DNA of 64,000 bases from Cyanidioschyzon merolae (taxonomy: Eukaryota). The stretch lies in the NCBI GenBank assembly GCA_000091205.1, contig AP006483.2. The stretch is one strand, 5' to 3'. The notes under the pieces were generated by a model. It worked only from the letters and a program-made list of their open reading frames with translations, was not told the origin of the DNA and made no database searches. Both the position numbers and the translations under genes were made by a program. Numbering within the stretch: position 1 is the stretch's first letter; every line of letters begins with the position of its first letter. Positions 31,472-42,874 of the stretch are shown here, piece after piece.

Positions 31472-31698
31472 GATCGATCCATCGATCCATTTTCTCATCG
31501 GCAAAACGTTTCCCTAGGCCAGCGTTCTCCGATTATGCGCATTTTTTTTCTTTCTTTTTTTGTGTTATTTTTTCAGTGCGCGGTATCGATCCATCGATCC
31601 AAAGATCCTCCGGCAAAACGTTTCCCTAGGCCAGCGTTCTCCGATTATGCGCATTTTTCTTTTCTTTCTTTTTTTGTGTTATTTTTTCAGTGCGCGGT
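31472..31698. repeat. 113-bp tandem duplication (x2) in the 5' region of the Bfr1-like gene.
   Basis: tgatcgatccatcgatccattttctcatcggcaaaacgtttccctaggccagcgttctccgattatgcgcattttttttctttctttttttgtgttattttttcagtgcgcggt is repeated at 31584. Each copy ends in a long polypyrimidine tract followed by cag. Confidence 0.85.
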
Positions 31699-33608
31699 GA
31701 AGTATCCGTCGATGCATGCAGCTTCGTTTGAGGCGCCTGGCAAACCGCGCGATTACTGAAGAAACGTCGCTGTTCGATGATAGCCATGCAAGCAGCGTAT
31801 GACGTGATGAAACATCGCCTGTCCATTGTAGCTACCAAAAATCGTGTGTTGCGGTGAAACGTTGCTATTGGATAGCGGTAGCTTCTGTGCTGATTTCGGA
31901 GCAACGTACACGCACGTGGACGAACGTTTCATGCAGACGACGATCCACTGGCGAGAAGTGAGGAGATCTGGCATCCGCCGTGCACCCGTCGAAGCTCTCA
32001 AAGGTACTGCTGCATCGGTGCATCTTGCAGAGCGTCCATGCTTTCGACGGCATAGGCATGCTCATGAGATCTGGGGGGCTTTTTAGAAAAGGATTCCAAT
32101 TCAGCTGAGCCTTCAACAGAGTGCGTACCGTTCTCCGGCCAGAAGCGTCCTTACGGAAACGCGAGTCCAGCTGACTGGTGTGGCGTAAACGTCAACTCGT
32201 GGGTGGACACAGCCTCATGCAATGTGCAGCGTGGTGCCCTTGAGCACAGAGGCTCAATCTGTCTAGCCTTCGCATGCAGTGCACGACAGCAGGTCAGCGC
32301 GACGCCCTGGCACGTGTCAGATCGAGGCGCGACTGACCCAGCGCGAGCCTGGAAAGAAAAGAAAAACTCCTGGAAAACATGTTGTTGCAATATCTGCCAG
32401 GGCCTCGAACAGCATGCGCTCCGCGCGAACATCACGGAAGTTTGATGGATTCGCTGCATTTGGTACGGATGAACACCTTGCGAATCGCTGTTTTAAGGCA
32501 CAGGATCCACGCATCTAACTAGACTCCCTCGAATGCGCAGCTTCTGCTCATAAAAAGGCAAGCGACGCATGTGTCTCTATAAATAATTTTAATGTTACAC
32601 TCAATCCAGACCACAGCTCTTCCTGGAGACTCAGATTTGATCGGTGCGGCAACGCTGGAACTGCGGTAACTGGGGAAGCGCTTTTCCAAAGAAGCTGGAC
32701 TAGCGTGCTGCGACGTCGAACGACGACGTTGGGAGGTCCCGTTCGCTGGTCGCTCTAGCAACGCCGCCAGCTTTTCCTTTGGGCATCAATGAGGCGGCAC
32801 GAGCTCCGCGCGGCATCCCCTGTTGTCATCATGCAACCCGCGCTGAACCGTGTTCACGAAAGGAAGCGATAATCTGCAACCCGCTGCTCAAAACATGAGG
32901 TTATGTCGCACCCAGGTCTTCTTGTCTTTTAGCGCACCGTGTTACAAACCGATCCAGGCCATATACCGAATGCGCTGCACCAGGAAATCGTCGTTCGAAT
33001 CAGAAGAAGAAAAATGCAACCAATGTGCCGAGAATCGCAAGAATCCGCTTGCATCTTGCCAGCGCAACCAGCCGTTCGATCACGAACCCCTGATCACAAC
33101 ACATGCATGGATCCATGGAGCATTCACTGCCTTGGGATGGCGACTGCTTGACATCCCGGTTGCATATGTGTTTGTGGGGAGGATGTAGGCTGCGAACGCA
33201 ACGGCGTCTCAGCGCCCGCGAAGCGAACAAAACGGACTCGGAACTGTGGGATACGCTTCACTGCCCGTGTGCCCGTCGAGCGATTCCGGCAAAGAAGAAT
33301 CATATCCGCTTAATCGGCATCGAGGCAGCTTACGTTCACGTACTTGATCGTGCTTGGCTCTGATCTCATCCCGGGCAAGCGTCACACAGGCGTGAGGTGA
33401 TCGTATACACGGGAAACGGGGCGGTATGCTCCTGTCGTGCGAAACGTCGCAGATTTTAGGGTGGTGCTGTTTTCACAGTTCGCGGCACGGTCTGCGGAGT
33501 GTGCGACAGGGCACCCGCTTGGTAACGCTTCGATATCAGCAGCGAGTGCCTGCAAAGCCTCGATATCTACGAAACGCGCATACGTTTGGTGAACACGCTC
33601 GATCAAGA

Positions 33609-34640
33609 ATGGACGTGCTGGAGCCAGCGCGCTTGCTGGAGGCGTATCGACGGAGCATTCCAGACTGGGAGACGCTACGGCACAAGGGTGCTGCTGGACG
33701 CGTAGCGGTTGTCGGTGGTTGTCTCGAGTACACCGGCGCGCCGTACCTTGCCGCTATGAGTGCCACACGAGCTGGCGCAGATCTCGCTTACATATTCTGT
33801 GCAGTCGAGGCGGCATTCCCGCTGAAAACCTACGCCCCAGACTTGATCGTTATTCCCGCTTACAGTTCACGGCCTTTGGCGAGTCTGCAGCCGAGTGATT
33901 CTGTTCATAGCTCCGAGCCGGCTGCGGTAGACCTTTTCGTTTCATGGCTACCGCGCATGCATGCGGTGTGCTTTGGACCCGGCCTCGGGCGAGACCCCGG
34001 TGTGCTTGCTACTGTGCAGGAGCTCTTGGTGCGCGCCCTCAAGCATCCAGTGCCCGTGGTTATTGACGCGGATGCTCTGTTCCTGTTGAGCCAATTCGGT
34101 CCACGACACACCGGAACGGCACTAGCGACCACCCTGGAGGAACGAAGAAACGCAACTGCTGACCGAGGGTCTTCCTCCAATCGCATTGCTCCCATCGTGG
34201 TGACCCCGAACGCAGTGGAAACTCGACGACTGCTGGAGTCTTTTCAGATCCGCTCGCCGCAAGAATGGGTCCGTCATGTACTGGCTCCTGGCGATGTCAT
34301 GTTAGAGAAAGGTGAAACAGACCGAATCCATGCGGTATGCGACGAGGCTCACGAACCTGAACCATCCTGTGTGACCGTGGACTGCGCGGAATGCGGCTCA
34401 CCGCGACGCTGTGGCGGCCAAGGTGATATACTCAGTGGCATCTTGGCAACATCTCTGGCATGGATGGGCTTTCAGGGCGAATCCGCAAGCGCCCTAGTAG
34501 CAGCGGTGGGGGCATCCACGCTAACCCGGCGCGCATCACGAGCAGCCTTCGGGGCCAAATATCGGGCCATGACAGCAACAGACGTTCTCGAGCAAGTCGG
34601 GCCTGTATTCCATGCCTTTGAAACAGAGTCATCCAGCTAG
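33609..34640 (+). CDS. ATP-dependent (S)-NAD(P)H-hydrate dehydratase (YjeF-C / CARKD family).
   Basis: The carbohydrate-kinase-like signatures are AAGRVAVVGGCLEYTGAPYLAAMSATRAGADLAYIFC, HAVCFGPGLG and GGQGDILSGILA. The ORF is open upstream to 33426. The Met at 33609 gives a typical ~343-aa product. Confidence 0.8.
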   Translation: MDVLEPARLLEAYRRSIPDWETLRHKGAAGRVAVVGGCLEYTGAPYLAAMSATRAGADLAYIFCAVEAAFPLKTYAPDLIVIPAYSSRPLASLQPSDSVHSSEPAAVDLFVSWLPRMHAVCFGPGLGRDPGVLATVQELLVRALKHPVPVVIDADALFLLSQFGPRHTGTALATTLEERRNATADRGSSSNRIAPIVVTPNAVETRRLLESFQIRSPQEWVRHVLAPGDVMLEKGETDRIHAVCDEAHEPEPSCVTVDCAECGSPRRCGGQGDILSGILATSLAWMGFQGESASALVAAVGASTLTRRASRAAFGAKYRAMTATDVLEQVGPVFHAFETESSS

Positions 34641-37600
34641 ATGGGTTGTCCACGTGACATGCGCTGTTTGCTTCTATTCGGGAGAAGCATCTGGGTGCTG
34701 GTCGGCGCACAAGAACGTCTGTCCGAAACAGACCCATGTGCTTGATTGAACGTGCTCATCGATGCGAGTTGCGCCTCGATACTTTTCGCAGGGAAGACGG
34801 TTTCTTCGTGGAAACGAACTTTAACCACAGGAAGCTACTGGATGGAAGCCTCGTCAGTACGAATCGTACCGAAAGGCGTGCCTTTGATTCTGTCCATGCA
34901 CATGAGAGCGAAACCATGCAGGGATGCCCAGCATCATGTCTCATCTATGGGGAGCAATACCGCTTCGTACGTGATTCGATGGGTACGCGCGTTGTCGCCT
35001 GTGCTGCGGCGCGTGAACCTCTCCGGAGCTGGAAGCCTTGCCAGGAAATCTAGAGCTCCAGCTCATGCGCGCGGCATGCTCCACAATCCATAGAGATCAA
35101 GATAGCCATCGCTGATCATGGCAAGCACGCTCATCCCAACGAAAACGCGATGCACCCAAAAATGCAGAGCGCTTCCGTTCCTGTTCACAGAAGGAAGCGA
35201 TGGTAACGGTGTAGGAACGCATTCGTCAGTTCGAAATGCGTTTTCTGGTGTACCGAGGCTGTGCGCCTGGATACGAGCGGTTTTGCGAGGCAACGCAGCA
35301 CATCGCAGATGCATCTACCTGATAGAGAGGCGTCTCCGGTCACAAGCGCGAGTGCCAGAGCCATTCTCGAGGCACAAGTCCTCCCTCCGTTCGGTTTGGC
35401 GGAACGAATATGCGGAAACCTGGAAATCATCGCAGAGTCACAGCCGGGATGCGCCCTTGACTCCAAGTCGGCGAAGGCGGCTTTCGTGTACTGCGCCTCG
35501 GTCAACGGAAAGCGAAACTTGCATGGAGCGAGTGACTTTATTGGCGCCTCTGCCGATTGTATGCTGTTCTCGTGGATGTCTGCGCATGTCCAGCACGAGC
35601 GCATAGCTACGATCGGACGCGCTGCTAACGCAAGTCGGGCCATGCGCCTGCCATGAAAAATGGCATGTGCCCGACCCGTCTCTCTACACCCGTGTCAGAT
35701 TAAAATGGTAGCGTGGATTACTTGCTTTTTTCCAGCTACTGGATATTTTCTCGGAACGGGTTTTTAGATGTACAGCCTCGAGATTCGAAATGCGGCAGTA
35801 AAGGTTTACGGATTCATAGCTAGTTTGAGGATTCTCGCTCCTCTTGTGAGAACGGCTTCTTTAACTCTCTGCCGCTTGATTTCGTTCCGTCACATGAATC
35901 GAGGTGATTCGTGATGCCATCGAAAAAGCGTTGATAAAAACATCGACATCGGTATCCTATTCTTGCGTGCCCGTCTACGAGCACTCCTTGCATGTGGCAT
36001 GTTCAACTTGTTGATTTTTGGAGTTCTCGATGCTTTTGTCTCAGGGCAACTCATGGGCGCAATATTTCGCGTCACTGGATTATCGAGACAAATACGCAAC
36101 GTCGTCTCTAGGCGCTGACCTCACAAGTGCATGATGAAACTTCACTGGACTCTTGATACGGCATAATCGATTCCGTTAGAGCGACCGATGCTCCGCTCTT
36201 TGTAGTCATTGACAAGGCGCCATTCGACAGCAGTATGATACTTGTCTGATCCGACAAAGAGGCTGGTGCTGCCGTGTTAGCCTTCTCAACGAGCGCAACT
36301 GAGGCCGCCAAATCAATACATCCCAGCTGGAATAGATTACGATCTCATCGTTCTCTGTCGGTTCGATCATACAAACGACGGGTCCCTTTTCTACGAATGC
36401 GCATAGACAGTCCGGCAATTTCATCGGGTAAAAGTCTCATCGACCGAAAAAAACAGTTCGACGTCCCACTGCTGTATTCGGATGGCGACGTTCCAAGAAA
36501 GCTGCAGCTGCGATTTCGATGGGAAGGGGCCGTGTTTGAAATAGAACCCTTTTTTGCAACTGTATCCGAGTCTTTTCTGGACCATACGAACTAGCTGTTG
36601 AGAAACAGAGACGCCCTTGCCGGCCACTATCGTCGCTTTTGCTTTCCCATAGGTGATGAACAGGTCTTTTTCTACCACTGACAACAAGTGCTCTTAGACA
36701 GTCCCAGTTTTTGGTGCGGAGCGCATATGCTTGTTTCTTTTATTGTTCTATACTTATCTGAGTACAGTGGTATGACGGAACTGAATGAGGAATGCGGTCC
36801 TCCTTGCAATGTTCAGTGAGGAAGATATCCTACATTCAATTCGTCTACCATCGATAGGGTAAATTGTTTCTTGATTTGGATGCCCTGCTATGCACTGCAG
36901 AAAAACATTCGATTACACCCAGGGAAGGGTAACATAATTGAGTTGAAAGCGTATAAGACGCCCGGCCCCCTGACCGTTTGCATGGAAAAATGATTGTGGA
37001 CTTGGGCTTCAGTCAACGCAGTGACTACTTCCAATAAAGTATGTGTCTGGGGTTCGTACGATGAGGGAGTACACGGATCGAAATTTTTCGACATGTTCTC
37101 TATCCCAGGTTTTCCTTCAGGTAACTGCTTAACATGGACAACATCCCGTTCCACAAATCCTATAGCGCATAGAACAGCTTGCTTTTGCATGCGCAGCGTA
37201 TAAACTAAGCGCTAAGGGGATCTCCCCGAAGAAGTCCGTGATCAAAAGGCACCACAACAGGCGCTTAGACTGAAGAGCAGATCCGGGCCAGTCTTCAGTA
37301 CTCTTTTAGGACGTACACTGAGCCAGGGAGCGAGCCTTCATGGACCATAGGGTGACACTCGATGGATGAAGTGCTATGAGCACCCCGGAGCGCACCTGAC
37401 CTCAGCCAAATATCACTGACACAGAAGGCGCACCAACGGCATCTACAAACAAGATGAAAATGGCAAAAAATATTAATCACAACGAACCTCTGTGGAGCAA
37501 ATTCGATGACAACGGCTGAAAGCCGTAAAAGACTAACTCGCCCGCTGCCATGAACTTCCTTCGATTGCTGACAAAGGTACCGGGGAAACACGGGAGAGCA

Positions 37601-37726
37601 TCCCCGATAGAAGCTCGCGTCATCGGTTTACCCTGCGATGGCCGACACGATCCGAGATGTCCGAAAAAGCGCAGCATCCCTGCGCAGGATCATTTATGTC
37701 TTTATATGTCTAGTTTCTAATCGATC

Positions 37727-37757
<31 letters not shown>
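37727..37757. repeat. (ACGC)7 tetranucleotide microsatellite.
   Basis: The sequence reads gcgcacgcacgcacgcacgcacgcacgcacg. Confidence 0.85.
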
Positions 37758-37845
37758 AGCAGGTGCGCGTGCCGTTTTCCCGCGCTGCACCGCTGCACGC
37801 AGGGCGACACGCTTGTCGACGTGTTGTTGTTGTGGTGGTGCTGTC

Positions 37846-39429
37846 ATGGACGTTTTGGAGTGTCCTCCGAAAGAGACGTTCTCTGATCTCCCTGAGTGGC
37901 TGCAGCGAGATATCGGTAAAGGCATTCAGCAGCTTCAGGATGTGATACGTTCCAGAACGAGAGAAGAAGCCGGTGTCGTCGACGCTGATCCACATGCACC
38001 AGTCGAGGAACAGCCCACGTTCACGGACGTTGCGAGCTTTTTCTCACAAGTTTTAGAGCGTTTCGAGACAAGCGAAACGTTTACAGGACTAGATGAGTCA
38101 CCGGCGTACGCTGAACTCTTACTTCTATACGGAAGGGCACTGCTCGGGGCGGCCTGGAACGCGCTGGAGCAGGAGGCTGCGGCGAAGGTGCTTGGCCCAC
38201 CGGTTCCACGCTATATCGCTACGGACGCAGGCTCAGGCGCCGATGCGGTTACAAGCGATGACGAGCCCGAAAGGAATGAGGAAACGACATTTGATGAGGT
38301 ACCTGACGGGGTTCAGGAGCAACCGGAAGACTTCACGCAAACGGGCCAGAATAATGCTCGAATACGGAGCGGAACCGAGCCCGCAAACCACAAGGCTGCT
38401 GCTGCGGAACCAGAAGTTTGCGCTGCAGTTGCACACGAGGCAGGCGAGTCAACCGGCGCAATGCCGCTATCGTCCGCACAGACTGGCAAGGACAAGTTGG
38501 ACGAGTTTGCCACGGACACCCGAGAGGGACACGGGTTGCTTGGGACGCCTGAACATAGCCGCTCGCCCTGCGAACGCACCGTCTCGAAAAGTCTCGAAAA
38601 GGAATCACTCGGGAGAAACGGTAACGGTGCTGCAGAAATTCTTTCCAAGCAGGATGCCGATGCGGCAAATTCCGATCATCCAGATTCAAGTGACGTGAGC
38701 GACGGCGACGACGAGATTGAAGAAGGCCAAGTCGATGACAACAACGAAGATGACGAGGACGACGCACAACGAGCCTGGGAGGTTCTCGAATGCTCCCGTA
38801 TGATATTCCTCAAGGCTGGCGAGCGTTATCTGCCACGCGTCTCTCTTTGCTATGAATTGCTCGGTGATTTTTCTCTGTATGTGAACGACGCTTTCGAGCA
38901 AGCGGCCGAGGATTACGCGCAAGCCATTGCCACAGCAGAACGCGCTGGTGATGCCCGCAGCAGACGGGTTGCGTCGCTGGCCCACCGGAAGTATGTTGCT
39001 TTGCGAAGCGCCGGCCGCTGGACGGATGCGCTCGACGCCTTGCTCGTCGCGAAAGCAATTCTCACTGACCAGTTCGAGCAAGTGCCGCAGGAGGAACGCG
39101 AGGATGTAGCTGCGCTCGTGCAAGAGTTGGAATCAGAATGCCGGATGATACGTGATGCTGTGCGCGGACTCGCAAAACAGGAAGAATCCGCTCGTGAGCA
39201 TTACCCGGCCTCTTCTGACAATCGAAACCGGCAGTGCCTATCGGCGAAGACGGAGAACATTACTGGGCCACCACCGGCCGATGCTGTGCCGGTTATGCCA
39301 CGACGCGGTGTGAAACGTGTCGCCGCGGACCTGAAAGCCGACCCTGGGCATCACGACGAGAAAACCGGTCCAAGTTCAGCAAAACTGGCAACAGGGAGCG
39401 CTTCCACAGATCCGACGTCTCCGCAGTGA
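37846..39429 (+). CDS. NASP: NASP/Sim3/Hif1-family histone H3-H4 chaperone (SHNi-TPR).
   Basis: TPR-like helices (AYAELLLLYGRALLGAAWNAL) are interrupted by a long acidic stretch (...SDVSDGDDEIEEGQVDDNNEDDEDD). The family hallmark AQRAWEVLECSRMIFLK and further TPRs follow. The ORF opens 11 codons upstream, at 37813. Confidence 0.55.
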   Translation: MDVLECPPKETFSDLPEWLQRDIGKGIQQLQDVIRSRTREEAGVVDADPHAPVEEQPTFTDVASFFSQVLERFETSETFTGLDESPAYAELLLLYGRALLGAAWNALEQEAAAKVLGPPVPRYIATDAGSGADAVTSDDEPERNEETTFDEVPDGVQEQPEDFTQTGQNNARIRSGTEPANHKAAAAEPEVCAAVAHEAGESTGAMPLSSAQTGKDKLDEFATDTREGHGLLGTPEHSRSPCERTVSKSLEKESLGRNGNGAAEILSKQDADAANSDHPDSSDVSDGDDEIEEGQVDDNNEDDEDDAQRAWEVLECSRMIFLKAGERYLPRVSLCYELLGDFSLYVNDAFEQAAEDYAQAIATAERAGDARSRRVASLAHRKYVALRSAGRWTDALDALLVAKAILTDQFEQVPQEEREDVAALVQELESECRMIRDAVRGLAKQEESAREHYPASSDNRNRQCLSAKTENITGPPPADAVPVMPRRGVKRVAADLKADPGHHDEKTGPSSAKLATGSASTDPTSPQ

Positions 39430-39996
39430 GTTGCCGACTTGGTCACAGGGCGCGGTTTACCGATGTAGCTGCAGCAACCATAACAATAGTAATAATCGTC
39501 TGTACGAAGCGTCTACACAAATCTGACGATCCATTGCAGTAGCGCGAGGCAGTCGGCGTCACCGTACGGCACTGTGGCGATTGTCGTTCTGGCAACGCAG
39601 ACGCTCCAACGCATGCACGACTATGAGCATTGCAGTTGGCGAATAAAGCACCACAGGCCACGCATTCTTCAACTTATGCTGAATGCTATTCGCCTGATGG
39701 CCTTTCATCAACCGTTCTCCGTGATCGCACTCATGAAGTATGACGAGAATTCGAACAGCGCCCGTCAGAGAATGACTGCACGTTTCTCGACCAGAACAGT
39801 CTGGATTAAGGAGGATGCTCGGTACCGGCTCCGATCGATGATATCTAAACTTGTTCAACATGGAAAACTTACAAGTCCAGCCCGGTGCGCTGATGCCGCC
39901 CCGACGACCTTTCGTCTGCGGATAGCCGCCCAGGACTGGGGCGTTTTTATGTCCGCCTGGTGCTGTTGCGCGGTAGCCGTGCGCGTGATGCGAATC

Positions 39997-40032
39997 CTGC
40001 TTCTGCTGCTTCTGCTGCTTCTGCTGCTGCTG
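39997..40032. repeat. (CTGCTT)/(CTG)n microsatellite.
   Basis: The sequence reads ctgcttctgctgcttctgctgcttctgctgctgctg. Confidence 0.85.
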
Positions 40033-40090
40033 GCATGTAAGTACTCTCGCCTGATGCTCACGAAAAACATCGTCAACGTCGAATGCTCAC

Positions 40091-41335
40091 TCAGCGTACA
40101 GCGTCACTGACTCGCGGCGGTGGCAACAGCGAGATCGGAGTCGTCCGCAGATACTCCCAATCGCTCTCGTCGAAAAGGTCGCCAGGCTGCAGGGCATTTC
40201 CTGTAGCTGTCTTGGTCTGCAGTAGTGCCCTGCACCGCTGCCGTGCCTCCTCTAGGCCGCAAACACGTTCAAGCAGCTCTGCCCGCGTCACATTTTCCGC
40301 AATCGCCTCCAAACAATCAATGACTACGGAGGCGTAGTTCGGTGACTCTTTGTCGAGACGCGGGCGCAAAAAGCGCCATTCGCCAGCCAAACGATCATAA
40401 GTGCATTCGATCACCGCCTCATGCCAACGAGCGTAGTCTGCGAACCACTCGCGCTTTAAACGACTCGGAAAATATACCTCTCGATAGCGCACGACTCCGT
40501 TGTCGCCGCGATAGCCGAGAAACGCGCGGACGTCGTTGGCCGGATCATTCCCAGCCTGTAGCCAAAGAATGAAGTCGACCGTGTTATGCGTTGGGTATTT
40601 GTACTTGAGAAGTGCTGCACAGGTGCGCAGGGTATACGGCAAGCCAACTGGGGTAAAGATGATGCCGTCGTTGCCACTCTGAAAGACGCCATCGCTCCGC
40701 AAGTGCCGATACGTGTACGTCGGAGCGCCGCCTTGAGGGTCATCGGCTTTCCCGGAACGACCCTGGTAAATGCGCGAAAAGAGCAGCGGAAGCTCAGCCT
40801 TCTCATAGACGTCTTTGCGTCGCACTCGCAAACAGCCCGCAGTAGCGGGGTGCAGGGCACGCGGCCCCGTCACGTACCGCTCGATAGCATCCAGGCGGAC
40901 GCGGTAGGACTGGTAGGCGATGCCGGTGTCGCCCTGGATAGCGATCACGTCGTAGGCGAGGTACTCGAAGCGCTCGATGCACTCGTTGTAGACCAACTCA
41001 CCATCAAGAAGTGTGTCTTGGTGCAGAGAGCCGTCAGGCATCATAAGCACCGGATATGGCGTCACAGCAAATAGGTCGAGACGTCGATCCACCAGCAGAA
41101 CGCCCAGCTCTGTAGCAAAGAGTAGATAGCGAACGCCGTCCGATTTCTCCAGGAGCAGGTAGTCGCAGTCACGTACCATTGAGAAATGGCGTCTTGACAG
41201 CGTCACCGGCATACTGCCAGCGAAGGAGCGCGGCGGCTCGGACGCTCGTGCTACCCTTTGAAAAAGGCTCTGAAGCCGGACGAGTAGTTGACCTTTTTCG
41301 GCTGGTGGCAGACGCACGTAGCCGGCCTCCGCCAT
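40091..41335 (-). CDS. mRNA capping enzyme, guanylyltransferase subunit (Ceg1 type, no fused triphosphatase).
   Basis: All nucleotidyltransferase motifs are present. Motif I is KSDGVRYLL, motif III LLDGELV, motif IV DGIIF, motif V LLKYKYP and motif VI WRFLRPRLDKESPN. The ORF continues 181 codons further upstream, to 41878, through Cys/Ala/Thr-rich sequence that does not look like protein. The start is taken at MAEAGYV (41335). Confidence 0.8.
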   Translation of the reverse strand: MAEAGYVRLPPAEKGQLLVRLQSLFQRVARASEPPRSFAGSMPVTLSRRHFSMVRDCDYLLLEKSDGVRYLLFATELGVLLVDRRLDLFAVTPYPVLMMPDGSLHQDTLLDGELVYNECIERFEYLAYDVIAIQGDTGIAYQSYRVRLDAIERYVTGPRALHPATAGCLRVRRKDVYEKAELPLLFSRIYQGRSGKADDPQGGAPTYTYRHLRSDGVFQSGNDGIIFTPVGLPYTLRTCAALLKYKYPTHNTVDFILWLQAGNDPANDVRAFLGYRGDNGVVRYREVYFPSRLKREWFADYARWHEAVIECTYDRLAGEWRFLRPRLDKESPNYASVVIDCLEAIAENVTRAELLERVCGLEEARQRCRALLQTKTATGNALQPGDLFDESDWEYLRTTPISLLPPPRVSDAVR

Positions 41336-42874
41336 TTTCGCTTCACGGTTGGTTGCCTCTGTTACACCGGCAGCAGCGGTTGCAGTAACGCTCGAGCGAC
41401 ACCCAGCAGAAGCACAGCAGGCTACTGGGCCTGCAGTGCGCGAGGCTGGACCCGTAGCCGGGAGCAGCTGGCAGCGGTACCGGCAACAGACGAACGAAGT
41501 GCAACACGACCCGCTGGCGCCGAATCCCGCTGCGTCATGGACGATCAGGACCACCTCGTATTGTCCGCGGTGGATCAACAGATTCGGAAATACTTTGGCG
41601 TGGATATTCTGGGCCCTGGATCCGTAGAACCTGCTGGAAAAATCTAGCATACAGTCTCTGGAGGTGTATGCCACTGGTGACCGTTGCTCCCGAGCGACCT
41701 GCGTGTATGCACGGACGCTTTGCTCGCGAATATTTACGGGTGCGTCAGCATCTGTCCATCGACCTGTATGCACTGATGCTTCGCGCTCGAATGTTTTCAG
41801 GTGCATCGTCGTCACTGCATTGGCCTGGGGCGCACCCGCTCGCGACCATGAACGCGATAAACAGGTAGATGTCGCCATGCTGCTTCATTCATGGAGCGCT
41901 CTACGAGTCCTCGTGCTCTGGGCAGTACACCATTAGCTTGTTCTCGATACTATGTTTGCATATGAGATTAGCTGAGCTGACATCTTACAAATGGCCAATT
42001 CGCTGCGAACCGGTGCCCACTGCGCTGAGCTACGAGTACGATTCCTGCAGCAAAACGCCCCTTGAGAGGGAATGCGCAGGTTGGATTCTCTGCCAGGTAT
42101 CCGTACGCATGCAACAACATGATATTCGGTGTTGCGCTTACGTGGCGAGCGCGGTGCCACCAGGCTCGTCGGATGGCTTCAGGAATGTCCCTCGCAGCTG
42201 CCTCGCAGAGGTCGTTATCGATGGAAGTGCATGTTGCAAGTGTACAGGCACGTGCTCGAGCGTCGCATTTCTGAACGACGCGGAATCCAGGCAAGTCTCG
42301 GGTATATTTGGCCAATACAGAGGGAACAGCTGGGCAGAGAAAATGGGTGTTTCGCTGAGCCTTGCATGATTGCAGTTCGCGACAACATCGTCTCGTCCAG
42401 AGAACGCACAGAGCAGCAGCACTCGCTTCACGGAATTCGCATATGCGTCTCAAGTGCGCGTTGTCCAAATAGAACTCGATATAGGACTTGACAAATTTGC
42501 GGGTCTGTACTGGGAAATGAAGCGTTGTGGATCTGCTTGTAGTGCGTCGCGCAGCAAGGGTGCGTATCGCGCTCGCGAGCATGTCTTGCGCATGCGCGCG
42601 TGCTCGCAGCGGCAATCAAGCCCAGCTTCCGTATGAGTTACATCGCATGGCGCGACAGTCAGGGAGCAGCAAAGCCTGATCATGGATTTATTTTTGCAGT
42701 ACGCTCCAAACCAAAGCCGCCGTCTATCCCCGTGGCATTTTCGGAACAATGCCGAAATGGCTCTCAAGGAACGCATCCCACAGGACAATCGATCCCCGAA
42801 TCCCGGCTGGCTGGGGCTCGCGGCAAGCCATCCATGCAGCGCTGAATCGCGCTGAAGCCCAAGGCCTCTCTGCC

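Noticed and set aside
33426-33608. A 61-codon N-terminal extension of the NAD(P)HX dehydratase ORF. The extra leaders on the citrate synthase (51165) and CRY-DASH (62113) ORFs are similar.
   Set aside because: The extensions are not conserved-looking and would make the proteins longer than family norms. The internal Mets give canonical lengths. They could be targeting peptides, but there is no positive evidence.
40091-41878. The full 595-aa ORF for the capping enzyme, including 181 upstream codons.
   Set aside because: The upstream segment (…CCTSFVCCRYRCQLLPATGPASRTAGPVACCASAGC…) is compositionally non-protein-like and all catalytic motifs lie downstream of Met-182. The start was moved to 41335. 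Only transcript data could rule out a genuine extension.
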